DNA from: Mytilus californianus
Lineage: Eukaryota
DNA length: 64,000 nucleotides
NCBI RefSeq assembly: GCF_021869535.1
Contig: NW_026262668.1
Coordinates: 74,462,001-74,526,000 of the forward strand
Reading direction: 5' to 3'
In this document: piece by piece, positions 50,113 to 64,000 of the stretch
How positions within the stretch are numbered: position 1 is the first letter of the stretch
How the letters are laid out: every line of letters begins with the position of its first letter
Position numbers and translations under genes: made by a program
The notes under the pieces: model-generated
The model's database searches: none
The model's input: only the letters and a program-made list of their open reading frames with translations
Told to the model about the DNA's origin: nothing

Positions 50113-53100
50113 CTTAAGAAAACAAAAAAATCTTAAGTGAAATATGTCAACAAATAAGGAAGAGATTAATTCTTTTCAATTCAATTCTTTTTGTGCTGTA
50201 AAATAAAATTGTATTTTGCTGCGTGTGGACATAAATTGGAAGCAAAATCACACTTAGTGTATGGTAAGAGATTTACTCACACCAACTAATAACCAGTAAT
50301 GATATTCGAAAATAATCATAATGACATCATCACTGGGATAATGTGTTTGCTGCTCTAATTTTTACAGCAAATATAAATTATTGCTTCCTTATTTCCTCGA
50401 TTGTGACATCATTGAATGAGGCTTGTCACCGAACTTACAATGAAAAACATGACGGGTGCCACTAGTGGAGCAAAATCTGCTTACCCTATTGGGACACATG
50501 CGAACTTCCCAATTTTTGACGGGGTTCCTGTTGCTCAGTCCTTATTGTTTTATGAAGTGGTTTGTGGACTTGAATGTCTTTTCGTGTCGTGTGTTTTTGA
50601 CATGACGTTGTTTCTCTATGAATTTTAAAATGTCCCCTTGGTATCTGCCGACACTTTTTTGTACTGATTTATATAAAGAATTCTCATATGTTATGCAATC
50701 GATTATCGAATTTAGTGTCTTAGACATAAGCAAAATAAACTTTGCTGAATCCCAAAATAATTGCATATTCATTGATCGGCGGTTGCTTATCGTCCAGCAA
50801 AAATCTCACATGCATTAAAATGGGTTACAGTATGAGATATAATCAAGAATGCACACATTGTCGTGTAAACCATACCCCCATTTATAATTCAAATCATCGG
50901 AAAACGGATAGAAGGTATAAAAAATGTATTAAAACAAATGCCAAAGTTTATTCGAAAAGAGAGACCGATCCATAAAACCTGACAAGATCAAACGTAAGAC
51001 TATATCAAACAACGGAACGAATTGAAATAACTGTCATATCCCTGACTAGGTATAAGCATTTTCCGAAGAAAATGGTGGGTTAAAATATCTGACAGATCCG
51101 AAAATGTTCACACGTTTCAACTCATCACTGCAACCGCTGCTGATAAAACATGAAGTCAGTCTGTAGAGTAGTCCTGGAGAAATGTGTGACGTACAATTTT
51201 TAGTATCGAAGAACAGGAAGTAGATGTCTGCCTAGCTCAATATTGCTATATAACGTCTGTTGCCTTTAGGACGTGGGACGTCAGAGTACGGTCCATATAG
51301 AAAACATGGAAATAGGCGACCCAGACTTGGGGCGCCAAGTTTTTGTCTCGAAATCGTAATAGATCTATATTGAAGTAATTAATCTGGGTCTGATGTCTGA
51401 CAAATCCTTAAAGTGCTCACACGTTACAACTCATCACTATCAAGCTGCTGACCAAATATGCAGTCATTCTGTTAAAGAGAGTTCATTATATAGGTGACGG
51501 AAATATTTTGACGAACGTAAAGAGGGAAGGAACGGACAAGGTAAATAAGAGTGTTAGTATAGGCTGTGAGGATAATAAACCCTGTTTTGTATTGGACCGG
51601 CACGCTGTGTGTGATTTGTTATGCTAAACTCAAGTTAAAGTCTCGATGAAGATATATATCCAGTTATGCTGACTACATGTCGATCAGTGTTTGATCTGTC
51701 TACCAAATGCAACCTGCTTGACAGAGAAGCAGCAAAGTTAATCTATATGTCTTTAGTTTGCACCTACCACGATGCCAACAAAGCAGTGTACATGATGACC
51801 ACAATTAAAGCATACATACCTATATATTGTAGAAAGCACAGCAATAGAAAAAATAATTCCGTTTTCATTAGTAAGGAAGAACGAAACAATCATTTCTTTG
51901 TCAGATGCATGCTTATTTTTGCACATTACTATATAATTAAATGGATCAATCATGCATTAATAAGCATATAATTGTGTTTTCATTTGAAAATCATTTAACA
52001 ACTTTTTAATAGTTAAACAAGAGCGTGTAAATTTGGTTTTGTTTCTATTAATTGGACCAGTCAACTATTATTATTGAACCGATCAATTTAAAAGTCTATA
52101 ATTGCAATAAATTCATTAACAGGTGTCGGTGTTTGGTTGTCTTCCAAAGAAAACCATATGACTTTACATACTTGTATGTCTTTAACAATCTGTTCTGCAC
52201 AATTAAACAAACTAGGTGGACAATATTAAATAGTCAAAATCTAGGTACGAAACTTAATAGGGATATGTATTAAAGGACCATTAGCCACGATTTAGAAAAA
52301 AAAATAAAATATGATTTTGTTTTGTTTCAAACATTAATTAAAGGAGAATATAGAAATAATAATTCGCTATTAACAGCCAATTTGGTTCAATTTTGTAAAA
52401 TTAATCTCTAAAACATCCCTGATATATAATTGTCCTGCAAGACAATTATTCTTGCAAGTCGTCAATTCGACCTTATTTTGGTCCTGATGCCCTAAATAAA
52501 AATCTTAAAGGCATTTCAAGTAAATAGAATAGCCAAAGAGATCAAGAGTAACTTCAGATAACAAAATTATGAATCAAACTTAAACTAACATTATGTGAAA
52601 TAGGAAGTTTATAAATTTGTACATCGGAGAGATATCTTACTACAGTGTTCTAACAATGAAGTTACAATTGACAAGAAAGATTCAACTTCTACTTCAAACC
52701 AACATATAATTTTGTACTTTGACATGGTTCTATAATGCTGGTTGGTCAGACATCTGCAGAGGAATGACATAATAACAATATTTCAGAAAGGATATCCGCC
52801 ATAAACGACTAGCAATTATACCAAAGTAACAAACAAAAAATACTTAACATTGCGCCACGATAGCAATTTGTCAGCTTTAACTTTATAACAACTATTATAT
52901 CATGTAATTGTAAACAGACAAAATGACTTTACTCATCAGATTTGTATTTTTTAAATGTTGGCAAGATTCCTTACTTTTAATTTTTTCATGAGATAAATGC
53001 CGCAAAAGGGGAGGTAACTGCGGTTATAATGCAAAGCACTCACCTTTTGGAGAGAGTCAGTTACATGCTTTCGCACAATGCAGCATTTACTTTTGCAAAG

Positions 53101-53963
53101 TGTACACAAAACACACAGAAAAATATAATTATCTTTTTTAATCAAATAACAATACTGAATGTTTTAGATCAAAAATGTAATTAGTTACATGCTCAATGCA
53201 TGTCAAGCAATTTTGCGTTTCGTTTGTTCAATTTAGACATACAACACAGACCACAACCAATATAGCCGAAGCATATATACAGAACACAATACAACTTGAT
53301 ATGTTAATAATCAAGAATTATAACTATGATTGTATAAAATATAACATATTTACATGATATGCAAACTACTGAAACAGATATAAAAACATTAATTTGAGAT
53401 ATCAATTACAGTTTTAGTCTTTAAGAATGTATATGTACATAAAAATATTTCCCTATTTTTCTTATATAATAAACGTATAAGAATTATAAGAATAGCAGCC
53501 AATTTTGCAACTGCTTATCATTAAAAGGTATATATATATAGCCTGATATAGCTATATGAATCATATATTGAAAATAAAATAAAACTCATAGTCTCCAGTT
53601 AAAATATCGAATTCCATAATAAAAATAACGATTTGTTAATCTATTTATATTCTTATTTTTGAACGTAAAAAAAAATTCCATCGATGGTGATTTTCCATAC
53701 TATATGCTATTACGGGTCATACATAGCCAAATAGTATTTAGAGGAAATTTTTTTTTCATTAAATTTTTTTTAAACCTATATTAAAAAAATATTGCACAAA
53801 TAAGGAAGTGTTATGATAATAATAAATATTTCACTTTAAACACCACATTTCCTATATGACCACATAGATCAAACGACAAACCAGATAATACAAATGTACA
53901 TGTATATATAATTACTAGATATTAATTTCAATAAATATCAGACACCAAAAGTATTTACGTTAT

Positions 53964-54203
53964 CTATTTACACCTCCTACTACATTTACATCTTTTGATC
54001 CATGCATACTTAAAGTATTCATAACGTCCATCGTTGCAGAGAAACTCAATTTCTCTGGTCTTTGTTCTTTTTGGATAACAACATTGTTTTTCTTTACAAT
54101 TAGTACAAAACTTCAATCTGTACGCCCGTACACTGTGACAGTCTTTATAAGAAATTCGTTCTTTCTTTGTTATCCGTGTTGTTGGCGTACATTTTTTCTT
54201 TCG
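53964..54203 (-). CDS. CCN: CCN C-terminal cystine-knot exon (RKKKCTPTTR...WIKRCKCSRRCK*)
   Basis: ttttatttcag acceptor, phase 0, 80 codons including stop; absent from the ORF track because it has no start codon. Confidence 0.92.
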   Translation of the reverse strand, partial: RKKKCTPTTRITKKERISYKDCHSVRAYRLKFCTNCKEKQCCYPKRTKTREIEFLCNDGRYEYFKYAWIKRCKCSRRCK

Positions 54204-57200
54204 CTGAAATAAAAACGTATTATATATTAAGCAGCGATCAATTCCATAAAAAGATATCGAAAGAATATATACTCGTCATGCACATATCAGTATAACTTAC
54301 GATCATAATCGACAGACAAAACACCAAAAAATGCTAGAAGTCACAGGTTATATACTTCTATGCATAACACCGTTTACCAATTCAAAAAATATAAATTTTA
54401 AGCACTAACGTCTGTTACAAAATTATCATGATACATTTTGATATGAAATTATCAGATTTTTAAAAATTTTTGGTTCAATGATGGATGCTTAGCATTCAAT
54501 AAGTTTCTAGTAATATACTATTCTTTTGTACTTGACCAAAATGCCAAATCGAATCTTAACATGCCAGCTCTCAATGTAACTATACGTAGGGAGACTCATT
54601 TATATACGTTGATACTGCTGTAACACACCCTACGGGCCGTCAGTACAGCAATAGGTAATACTGATCAAAATATATTGTACACGATTGCAAAATCCATTGT
54701 GTCTTTAAATAGGAACAGAAGACAAAACTCTGATGCACACGATAGCAAATAATAATTGTTTTAAATTACAATTAGGAACACAGATTGCCGTTAGTAGGGT
54801 GAAAACTATGCGTAAAACATACCAAGGAAATATTTAATGCCACTTCCACATTTAATTGTATACCTATTTATCGTATACATCATAAGTTTGCTAATGTTTG
54901 TACAAGTAGCATCGTATGTTAACCTTATAGCACGAACAAACTCATTACTGTACGCGGACATAGAATGCTTTTAGACGCAAATAACGAATTTCCGGTTCCG
55001 TTCAGAAAAAACCAAAGGAACTAATCATAAACAACAGTTTTATCTAATACCTAATTTAAAGATTTAACAGAATAAATGTTCGATCACTGATAAAGTTCAT
55101 CCTGAAGTAATCATTGCCATGAAAAGAAATGTCAAGTAAGGAATGAAAGCCACAAAAACTAATTACAGTCATCAATGGTTTTAGTTTCAAACACAATTTA
55201 TCAAATGAAATAAATATCAAGATAATATGCCTCGTCTTCTCGAATGTTCTTTAAGTTTTATTAGTTATACAAGCTAGCTCAATCTAATAACCGACTTTAG
55301 AATGTCTACTCAAAACCTTAAAGTCAGTGACATAACCAGATGTTTAAGCAATGATTGTAGATTTTATCAACTTTGAGTCATCCAAGTTTATCAATATATA
55401 GGATTAATTAGTTTTTCACGAAAAATTGCAATATGAGGATTGTCGGGTGAAATGTGAAAGCCATTGGTATTAATCCGGGACTGTACACAGACTAATAAAA
55501 GACGGAATATTGCGTTTACATTGACGTAGAGTATACAGGTTTCTCTCTTTTAAAAGGCGCCTTACTGGTCATCAAAACGTCCCATGCTAAAAAAAAAGAA
55601 GAAGAAAAGAAAATGACCAATGTCCCATGCACATTGAAAGTCATTGACAATGTCATAATTCTTCTATAGATGTATGCAAGTAACTAATGTCCAACATTGT
55701 ATATCGCTACATTTCCGAAAACCATCATTTTCAAAATCTATATAAATTGCTGTTATAGTATACCAGAAAGTGTGGTTCTGACTGCAACACACTATGCAAA
55801 CATTGTGTTCTTTGAAACGATATTTTATGTTGAATAAACGATGCAGTCAGAAAAAAACATTTTTTTACTGTTATCATTATTCTCCATCACAAACTAACCC
55901 TTTACAGATTGCATCCGTCATGCTGTACTAAACATCCTTTCAAAGGATTCTTGCTGTCTCTTTAAGTGGATGTTTTAATTTCGGGATTTTTGAATGAAAG
56001 TATTTTTTTGCAAAACTCAAAAGTTTCGTCTGCCGCGGGCTGAAGTTAAATTCCTCATAAGTGCATTGCTAAAATTGTTGCAAGGAAATCCAAAGCATTT
56101 AAGAATACCTAGGAAAATTAAGATAACCAGATGGACAAGTATGGTGGAAATATGTTTCTATCTTACAGATAGGTTTAAAATGAGCAGACAATCTATAATA
56201 TTGAATAAGGATTTCATTGTTCACACTTTTACTTGTTAGATATACGCTACCAGAAAAAAATATATATATTGGTTAGACCGCAGTCAAAACATAAATTATA
56301 TAATATCGCAAGTTTTACTCCAAATCATTGGAATCGAAATATAGTTCTTTTCGCTAAGTGAACAATAATAAGAAGCTAACATAGATTTGAAATTTAAAGT
56401 GAGCTGATTCAAAAAAAGTCATGTATTGGTATTTGCCCTAACACAATGATATAATTAAAAAGATTGTAAACTCGGGACTATTTTTCAATTTATTTTATCG
56501 TACAACTCTTTTATTTAGACGGATCCTCGAAAATACATCAAACCTCGCCAAATTGTACGACATTTCTACTTTTAATCTGATTTCTGGCTGGTAATTGGAA
56601 TTTTTAACGTAATTTAACAAGACATCCTGAATAAATAATGTGATAGAATAAGAAAAAATAGACCTTAATTTAACCTACGACAAATTCAATTATTGAATGT
56701 GAATGTTCATTCTTAATTGAATATTAAGATACAATATCCATTGTAATAAATGAAATAGAATCCGTGGCTTTACTTCATTGATTAAGTACAAACAATATCA
56801 TGTAGGTTTCTATAGTATTTCTGTTTATCTTAACAACTAGTTTTTAGAGATCTTAAGGGACTTCTGTCGAAATCCATATTATTTTATTCATACCGTAAAG
56901 GTCAGGAACAAGCAAGATTTCAGTAGTTTTTGGTACTAACTAATTACACGTACAAACAAAAATCAAACATACGTGTAAACTATAGTCACGAAGACAATTG
57001 AAAAAATTGTAATAAGTTAAAATTTGCAAATGAACATTGAATGTATCTACACGACTTCTTAAATGTCAAAGCATCATATAAACATAAACTTCAAGTATGT
57101 TATCCAAACGATAGTTTGCTACTGTATAGTTAGAACTAATCAAAGGACTATAAATTTTGCTTTAATTAAAAAAAAAAAAAAGAATAAATCATTTTTTTTT

Positions 57201-60200
57201 TATTTTTTATTTCTGAAGCCTGAATTTCATTCAAAATCATAACATGATACGTTTAAAAGCTACCTTGGTCCGTTGTCTTTAGTTGGAGTAACCGTTTTAA
57301 AAGTACACTCCTTTTCATTTGACATTTACTTTTAAACATTTCTAAAAATGTTTTTCTTATTACTCAAATACTATGCCATATTTTCAGGAGCTTTGACTTC
57401 ATATTTAAGGGATGTACATGTAGTACAAACTTACATCATTACTATACAATACTGTTCCACATGGGCGTAAATAACACAACCTTGTGTCTTCCTTCCGCCT
57501 GCAGTGCTTTGGTGCCATACGAACAGATATTCCTACACCACATGTGACTGAACATTGGCTCCATTTTGTTTCGTTTAGGGAACAGTCAGTGACACCAGTG
57601 TGTATCACTTCATTTAGTTGTTTAGATTCTTCAACTTAAAATAAAGAGAGATACAAAAATATAGAGAGAAACACATACCGGTATATACATATTTGAAAAC
57701 CTTTGAAATTACTCAAGTTTACTGACAAAATTCTCTCTTATTTCATTTAGTCCAAAATATTGAAATTTGTATGTTTCACGTCTGATTGTAACAATGGTGG
57801 AGGAATTTCTTGTCCTTCCGAAACACCTAAGTCTTTAAAGGGGTTCGTGTTGCTGTTGCTCTAATATTCTGTATCGTATGCTATGATGTTTTACTTTAGA
57901 TACTGCTGTATATAATTTACATGTAATGTCAATAATTTGTCATTGGGACATTTCATGTTTTAAATTTTCACATTCGGTTTTGTGTAAGGGATAGATAATT
58001 TACATGGGCTGATCGGCAATAAATTTGGTAGTGCTTTAGGTTAGATATTTGCCGACTCGATGCGTACAATACCTTATCACTGGTCTTAAAAGCTTATCAA
58101 CAAGTATTTAACAAAACACGAGGGAGCTGGAACTTCAACACTTCCAACGTTCATGAGTTCGACCTTGATTTTTTTACGAATTTATAAGTTTTAAAAAATT
58201 TTCAAACTTGTTTCCGATTCCAATATTTGACTGCTTGTAAAATGTATGTACTATTATATTGTTATAATATTTCAATAATAGATACTGTTAAACTTAAATG
58301 TAAACATTGGATTTTCTCCTCAAAGAAGTTAGTAAAGGTTATCTTACCAATGTTGTAATTAGATCTTTGAATATAATAGTTTACACTGGCACTAATATCG
58401 ATTTTGTCATCAGCAAATTAAAACATAACTAAATTTGTATTCTTTTCAAACGGGATGTATAAAGACACACCCACATTCATTTTTATCTATAAAGAGGTTA
58501 AACTTCTAACTATCCTACTGCCTGTCGATACATTTATTTTTGGCATTGCACAAGTCATGTCTTCTTTGACTGTCCATGACGTTAATATACTAAATCCGTG
58601 GGATGTGTTTTAGTTGATTTTAGTCTCTGATGCATGATGTTTTTATTATTAATTGTTTTTGGCTTTTAACTAGCTGTCAGTAACTGCGAGTACTCTCAAA
58701 TCGTACTTTCTTGTTTATTTGACCTGTTGATACTAATTGTAATGATTTTTTGTTACTTAATGTTATTAAAGGTTATATCTGGTCTATATACCAGCTTTGA
58801 TAAGTGTTTGGTATTAATATGAATTTTCACTTCGTACTATGAACATCAAAATTATTTCTTTTGTAAAAATATTTCCTTTCTCTATTTGAACTGTACACGT
58901 ATACCTAACAACAAAATTATTTTCATTTACCTGTGTTTAAAGTAAATGCAAATGGCTGATATTTTTGTTCGAGCATATTGTTTTTCTTAAATTGTTTAAC
59001 ATTTCATGGCGGTATAACATGTTACTTTTATTATTCTTCCCTTAGTTTATTTATTTTGTATTTACATTGTATCATAGGTCAAATTTATTTGTTCAGTGTA
59101 TGTTCACTGGTGTTAATATGTCCTTTGATTGAGTAAAGACATTTCAGTTAATATTTTATAGTGTGTCTTTCTATGTTGTGATGTTACACTATTGTTTCAG
59201 AAAAAGGGCGAAGATTTGGTACCATTAAAACGTTTAAACTTGCTGCAATTGTTTGCACCTGTCCTAAGTCAGGAATCTGATGTTCAGTAGTGTTTCTCGT
59301 TTCTCGTTTTTTATATAGATTAGACCGTTGGTTTTCCCGTTTGAATGGTTTTACACTGGTAATTTTTGGGGCCCTTTATAGCTTGCTGTTCGGTGTGAGC
59401 CAAGGCTCCGTGTTGAAGACCGTACTTTGACCTATAATGGTTTACTTTTATAAATTTTGACTTGGATGGAGAGTTGTCTCATTGGCACTCATACCACATC
59501 TTCTTATATCTATATAGAGATAAATTTCGTAGCTTTGTTTATATCTATTATGATTGCAATTTATTTTATTTAAAAGATAATAATATGAAAGATATAACAG
59601 TAAATAAACGCTCGCGTACGACAACTTTTAGAGTTGGGCTATTGTAAGTCACACATAAACAAAAAATTCTTTTCGGCGTGCATCAACATATTGTTGATTA
59701 TAGTTTACAATTGCTTTTAACTATAATTCTGAAAAAAATCGCCACTTTTGAAAATGATTTGAATATTTATGAAATTTCAGTGTCATGGTTAGGTAAAGTA
59801 ATGTCATGGTTTGTTCCATGTTCGCCATGGTTCAGTTCTGTAATTCATACATGCATAACATACATATGAAATGAAATGAGTGAGATAGATGAACAAATGA
59901 ACAAACATAATACACTTATCTAAATAAATAGATATAAGTCTACAGCTTTATTAAATAGGTATACAACGACGACAATGCAAGGATAACAGATTCACTTTGA
60001 AAATGCCAAAGTCTTTAAAAAATGAAATGACATAAAAATTATGGAGAGAACCAACAACCTTCCTTGTCAATCAATGAATCTTGAGAAAGATTAGTTATGC
60101 ATTTTTAAAGTAATCGTAACCTAAGATATAAAATGTTATCATATGTAAAAATGATGCTTCTCAAATTAGAGATGGACTTTTATTTGCGTACACTTTTATT

Positions 60201-60637
60201 TGCATTGCGTACACTAGATTTTTAATTTTACATTGTGTATATTGAGACAACTGTATATGTATTCTAGTTTGTTTTAGCATGGAAGTATTATATTGACAGG
60301 AACTAGAATCGCATGTAAATAAGTTTCTTACCCCATGTTGGATTATTTTGCGGGCGTATTTTGTAATTGTTTGTAACGTGTCTTGGTATTTTGTTAGACT
60401 CTGTTTTATTTGGTTTCAAACAGCTCCATTCTTTACAACATTGTCCTCTCACAGCCATCAATTCGGCATTGGGGCAAAATATCATAGACGGCTTCCGGTA
60501 CTCTTGAGGACACAAGTCAACGCAACCATAATGTCCATTTTGACAAGTGCAACGATTTCTACAATTATTGTTAAGATAAAACGTGTCGCCATCATTATAA
60601 CTTTTGCCATTGATCACACATGCTTTTGGAGTATTAG
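53964..60637 (-). CDS. CCN: CCN-family (CYR61/CTGF/NOV-like) matricellular protein gene, 3' part. Exons: 60332-60637 (VWC), 57435-57634 (TSP1), 53964-54203 (cystine knot)
   Basis: Domain order VWC-TSP1-CT, one domain per exon, phases 1/1, 1/0, 0/stop. Motifs CRNRCTCQNGHYGCVDLCP...CCKEWSC, WSQCSVTCGVGISVR...RLCYLRPC and KFCTNC...CCYP...F.C...WIKRCKCSRRC are CCN hallmarks. IGFBP and signal exons not found in the window. Confidence 0.92.
57435..57634 (-). CDS. CCN: CCN TSP1-domain exon
   Basis: WSQCSVTCGVG motif; gtaagt donor. Confidence 0.92.
59150..59520. repeat. Abundant short interspersed repeat (GAGAGTTGTCTCATTGGCA family); other copies near 2420-2830, 10540-10670, 18460-18610, 39770-40110, 45050-45190 and 62900-63190
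   Basis: Core motif and flanks found repeatedly in both orientations. Confidence 0.8.
60332..60637 (-). CDS. CCN: CCN VWC-domain exon
   Basis: ttattcttttcag acceptor, gtaaga donor; 10-Cys VWC pattern. Confidence 0.92.
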
Positions 60638-63191
60638 CTGAAAAGAATAACATGCTCGTTTTAAATTGTACCACATGTATCTCAAAGTGATGTTATTTTC
60701 AAGATATTTTTAATTGCGTTTCAAACACAGTACAGTTTACTCGTGTTAACAAACAGATAACGAAGTACAATGCAATTAACGTTCTTCTGATAATTAAAAT
60801 TCACAGGGGAGATCTCTCTTCAAACTGTATATAATTTGATTTCAATGCAATTTTTAAATGGCTAAAATACCGTGGCATATGTTTGATGACATTTATTTTC
60901 TAGGAAGTAAATTAAAACTAAAAATGCGTTTTCAATACCGATTGTTAGTTTCTACACATAATTGTATAATTGTATGAAAATGATCTAAAACGTTTTAAAT
61001 TTGTAGTTGTATTGTCATAATAAAACAGACGTCTCTGTACAGTAACTACTAATGGTTTCAACACCACAGTAATAGCTCTTCAAATTCCAAATAATACAAT
61101 AGTTGTATGGAATTGTTTAAACAACCATTTCATTTCACTGGCAAATCATTACAAGAATCATAGATATAATAGCTATTATATCTATGCAAGAACTAAAGAA
61201 AACCTGTAAGACAAGTCAATTCTGTAAACATAATCTGTGTTGATACACTTACTTCATATTCCCTTATGATCTGGTGTTTGATCAATATTTATCTTAGAAT
61301 TATGAGACAAACACGGCGAATCGATTGTAAATTCATTGATAATTGTTCAGTATTTACAGCCACAAAGGTAATATAGTGCCATATGAAGACACTGTCTTTT
61401 GCTACATGGTAAACTTCATGTCAGATAAATTGATAAATTATTTGGAATTGATAAATGACCTTGCATCATATTAATATCATTGTTCTACACTGAAAAAAAC
61501 CAACTGAAATACTGGTGGTTTAATGTTCGTCTTCAATATGTACACTGGTTCTATCGGCACTGACTATAATTTGAGTGTAGATATATCACGAAAACTAGGG
61601 TTTCACTTTACAGTTTAAACCTTTGAAAAGTTTGTTTCTATAAATATATTATATATAGTATAATATCTGATGGTCACTATATCTGGTACCTCAGTTTTTA
61701 CTATATTTTCATTTGTTGCATATTCTTACTTTAAGTAGTGTTTGTACTTGTTTTCTTGTTAGTATCTTATTGTCATCAATGTAATTTTATATATACTCCT
61801 ACTTGCATGGTTCTCGTTTGTATCTTCTATCTAAATCAACTGCCAAAAATGTATAACTATTAAGGAAAAATAAGCTAGGGTACTGATCATATGATTTCAG
61901 TAAAAATACAATTCAGTCTTGGTTTTATTATATGTTTCTTCATGATACTACTTTTTCATGTTTTGTGCGTGACTTTTGTTACTCTTAAACTAATAATGGT
62001 TCTTATCTATTCAACGTTCCGTAATGTTGGTCTAGACGGTATTTGATATTGTTTAATGCAAAAACGAGCTTCGCATGCAATCGTTAAGACTATCACGTAT
62101 TTTTCTGTGTCTTTTCCTGAAATACGATATCTTTGATAATTTTTAAAAACATATTCAAAATGATTCTCAAATCAATAATGGAGAGGAACAAAAGTTGTTA
62201 CAGTTGGCCCTGAAATGTCGCCCGATTCAAAATCTATGAAAACAAAACAAAATAAACAAATCAATGTATCCAGTTTTATATCCTTTTTATTGCACTGTTA
62301 TACCATAAACAGTCTGCTTAACTAAATTGACTTCGTATCATCAGAGGTCATTTCTGACATAAACCGGCTAAAGCAAAACAATGTGATGTTAATATAGATC
62401 ATTTATTGGAAATAAAAGCTTTGATTTTCCTTTTTTTTATTTCATCCATTTATAGAAGGAAGTCTTCCTGAATAGAATTGTACTGGTTCGTAACAGAGCG
62501 GTCTATAGACAAATCCATATGATGTAGTTTATGGCGGTATGGATTGAGAAAGTTGTTCCACAAAAGTATTGTTTGCCCAATAAGCGACATGACTCAGTAT
62601 AGGGCTTTTCAAGATAACGATTGCATGAGGTGTGAATTCCGACAATAAAAGGTTGTTCAGCTTGGTATAAATACATGTGTCCTGTCCCATTTATAATAAA
62701 ATTTCTCAAGTATTTCATTTTGTAGTCTATATAATTTCTGTAAAAATAATGGTCCATTAATTCTTGATACCACGTTATATTTTGAAAAATTGCTGCTTCT
62801 ATAAGTGTAGTGGAACCTGTAGGTCTATATGTTTAGGGAATGTTTAGAAGTGTGCTATATCCTTTTTGAACCAACTACGTGATGGTACCATGCAACAGTA
62901 TAAATGTAAGGAGAAATTGTATGATTGCCAATGAGACAACTATTCAGTAGAGTTCAAATGACGAATATATAAGCAATTAAAGATCACTGTATGGCCTTCA
63001 ACAACGACAAAATTATCTGCCTAATAAAGAACAATACAATTTTTGAAAAACAAGTATGACAGACATGAACTAACGACAACCACTGAATTACTATATGTGG
63101 CGGGGTTAAACATGTTTGACGCGCTCAACCCTCCATAACTTGGCACATTGGTGTAACAGAACAACATAAGAACAAACTGTAAAAATGAATT

Positions 63192-64000
63192 GCATACGGC
63201 TTATCTCAAGATTGGAAAAACTTAAAACAAAAACTGACGGGGTTCCTGATTCTAGATAGACACGTGAATATGTGGTGGGGGTTAATTATTAACTAGGGTA
63301 TTTAAATCTGAATCCTCCCCTTTTAATCTCGACCCTTGGAGTAAGAAAAGGTTCAAGGAACGTGGAACAAAATCAGAACAGAAAAAACACTTTACTTCAA
63401 AATAATTTACTGTATAATCGATAACAAGACCAAAAGTACAAACACAAAAATAACAACCAATATCGTATCAGAAAATACTACAGTAATGAAAAAAATCCTA
63501 CGAACAATGCATGTTACATAATTGTAATATATCATTAAAGTATTTAACCTTTGTCCTTTTTCTTTGCTGAATGTGCAATGCAAGAAGTGAAAGTATGGGA
63601 AGTAAAATGAAATCCTACATCAAGCATACGGCTTATCTCAAGATTGGAAAAACTTAAAACAAAAACTGACGGGGTTCCTGATTCTACATAGACACGTGAA
63701 TATGTGGTGGGGGTTAATTATTAACTAGGGTATTTAAATCTGAATCCTCCCCTTTTAATCTCGACCCTTGGAGTAAGAAAAGGTTCAAGGAACGTGGAAC
63801 AAAATCAGAACAGAAAAAACACTTTACTTCAAAATAATTTACTGTATAATCGATAACAAGACCAAAAGTACAAACACAAAAATAACAACCAATATCGTAT
63901 CAGAAAATACTACAGTAATGAAAAAAATCCTACGAACAATGCATGTTACATAATTGTAATATATCATTAAAGTATTTAACCTTTGTCCTTTTTCTTTGCT
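63192..64000. repeat. 432-bp tandem duplication; second copy runs off the window edge
   Basis: GCATACGGCTTATCTCAAG at 63192 and 63624; copies near-identical. Confidence 0.95.

Noticed and set aside
52932-52935. ATGA followed by GTAAAG as a gene B counterpart of the 28022 start microexon
   Set aside because: No acceptor, probably within the CCN 3' UTR, and joining to 50332 meets a stop after a few codons
56055-56108. Phase-0 terminal exon that would give a CT-less (CCN5-like) isoform; similar candidates near 56500-56630 and 57260-57340
   Set aside because: A canonical CT exon in the correct phase exists at 53964-54203, and any intronic AG yields a short frame like these
62503-62757. 84-aa minus-strand ORF as the missing CCN IGFBP exon
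   Set aside because: Lacks the GCGCC motif and the IGFBP cysteine pattern

Overview
AT-rich, repeat-dense animal genomic DNA; the repeat families look like those of a bivalve, probably Mytilus (inference from recalled repeat sequences, not a database search). Three spliced genes, all on the minus strand, can be rebuilt by hand from splice sites and reading phase. (1) The 3' part of a CCN-family gene with VWC, TSP1 and cystine-knot exons (53964-60637); its signal-peptide and IGFBP exons were not found in the window. (2, 3) A tandem pair of uncharacterised, paralogous single-pass type I membrane-protein genes, gene A (core 8784-24664) and gene B (core 29909-50112). Each has a ~280-aa Cys-containing ectodomain, one TM helix and a long Ser/Lys/Arg-rich cytoplasmic tail with islands of conservation. 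Both genes carry a 9-nt microexon encoding x-T-C-P just before the TM exon; in gene A it adds the 12th ectodomain cysteine. Gene A also has duplicated alternative terminal exons. The introns hold a non-autonomous hAT element with an 8-bp TSD, a putative 7.8-kb TA-flanked TIR element, LINE and Penelope remnants, many SINE/MITE copies, an 84-bp hairpin-bearing minisatellite, several foldbacks and a 432-bp near-perfect tandem duplication. All gene models are manual and need transcript confirmation.
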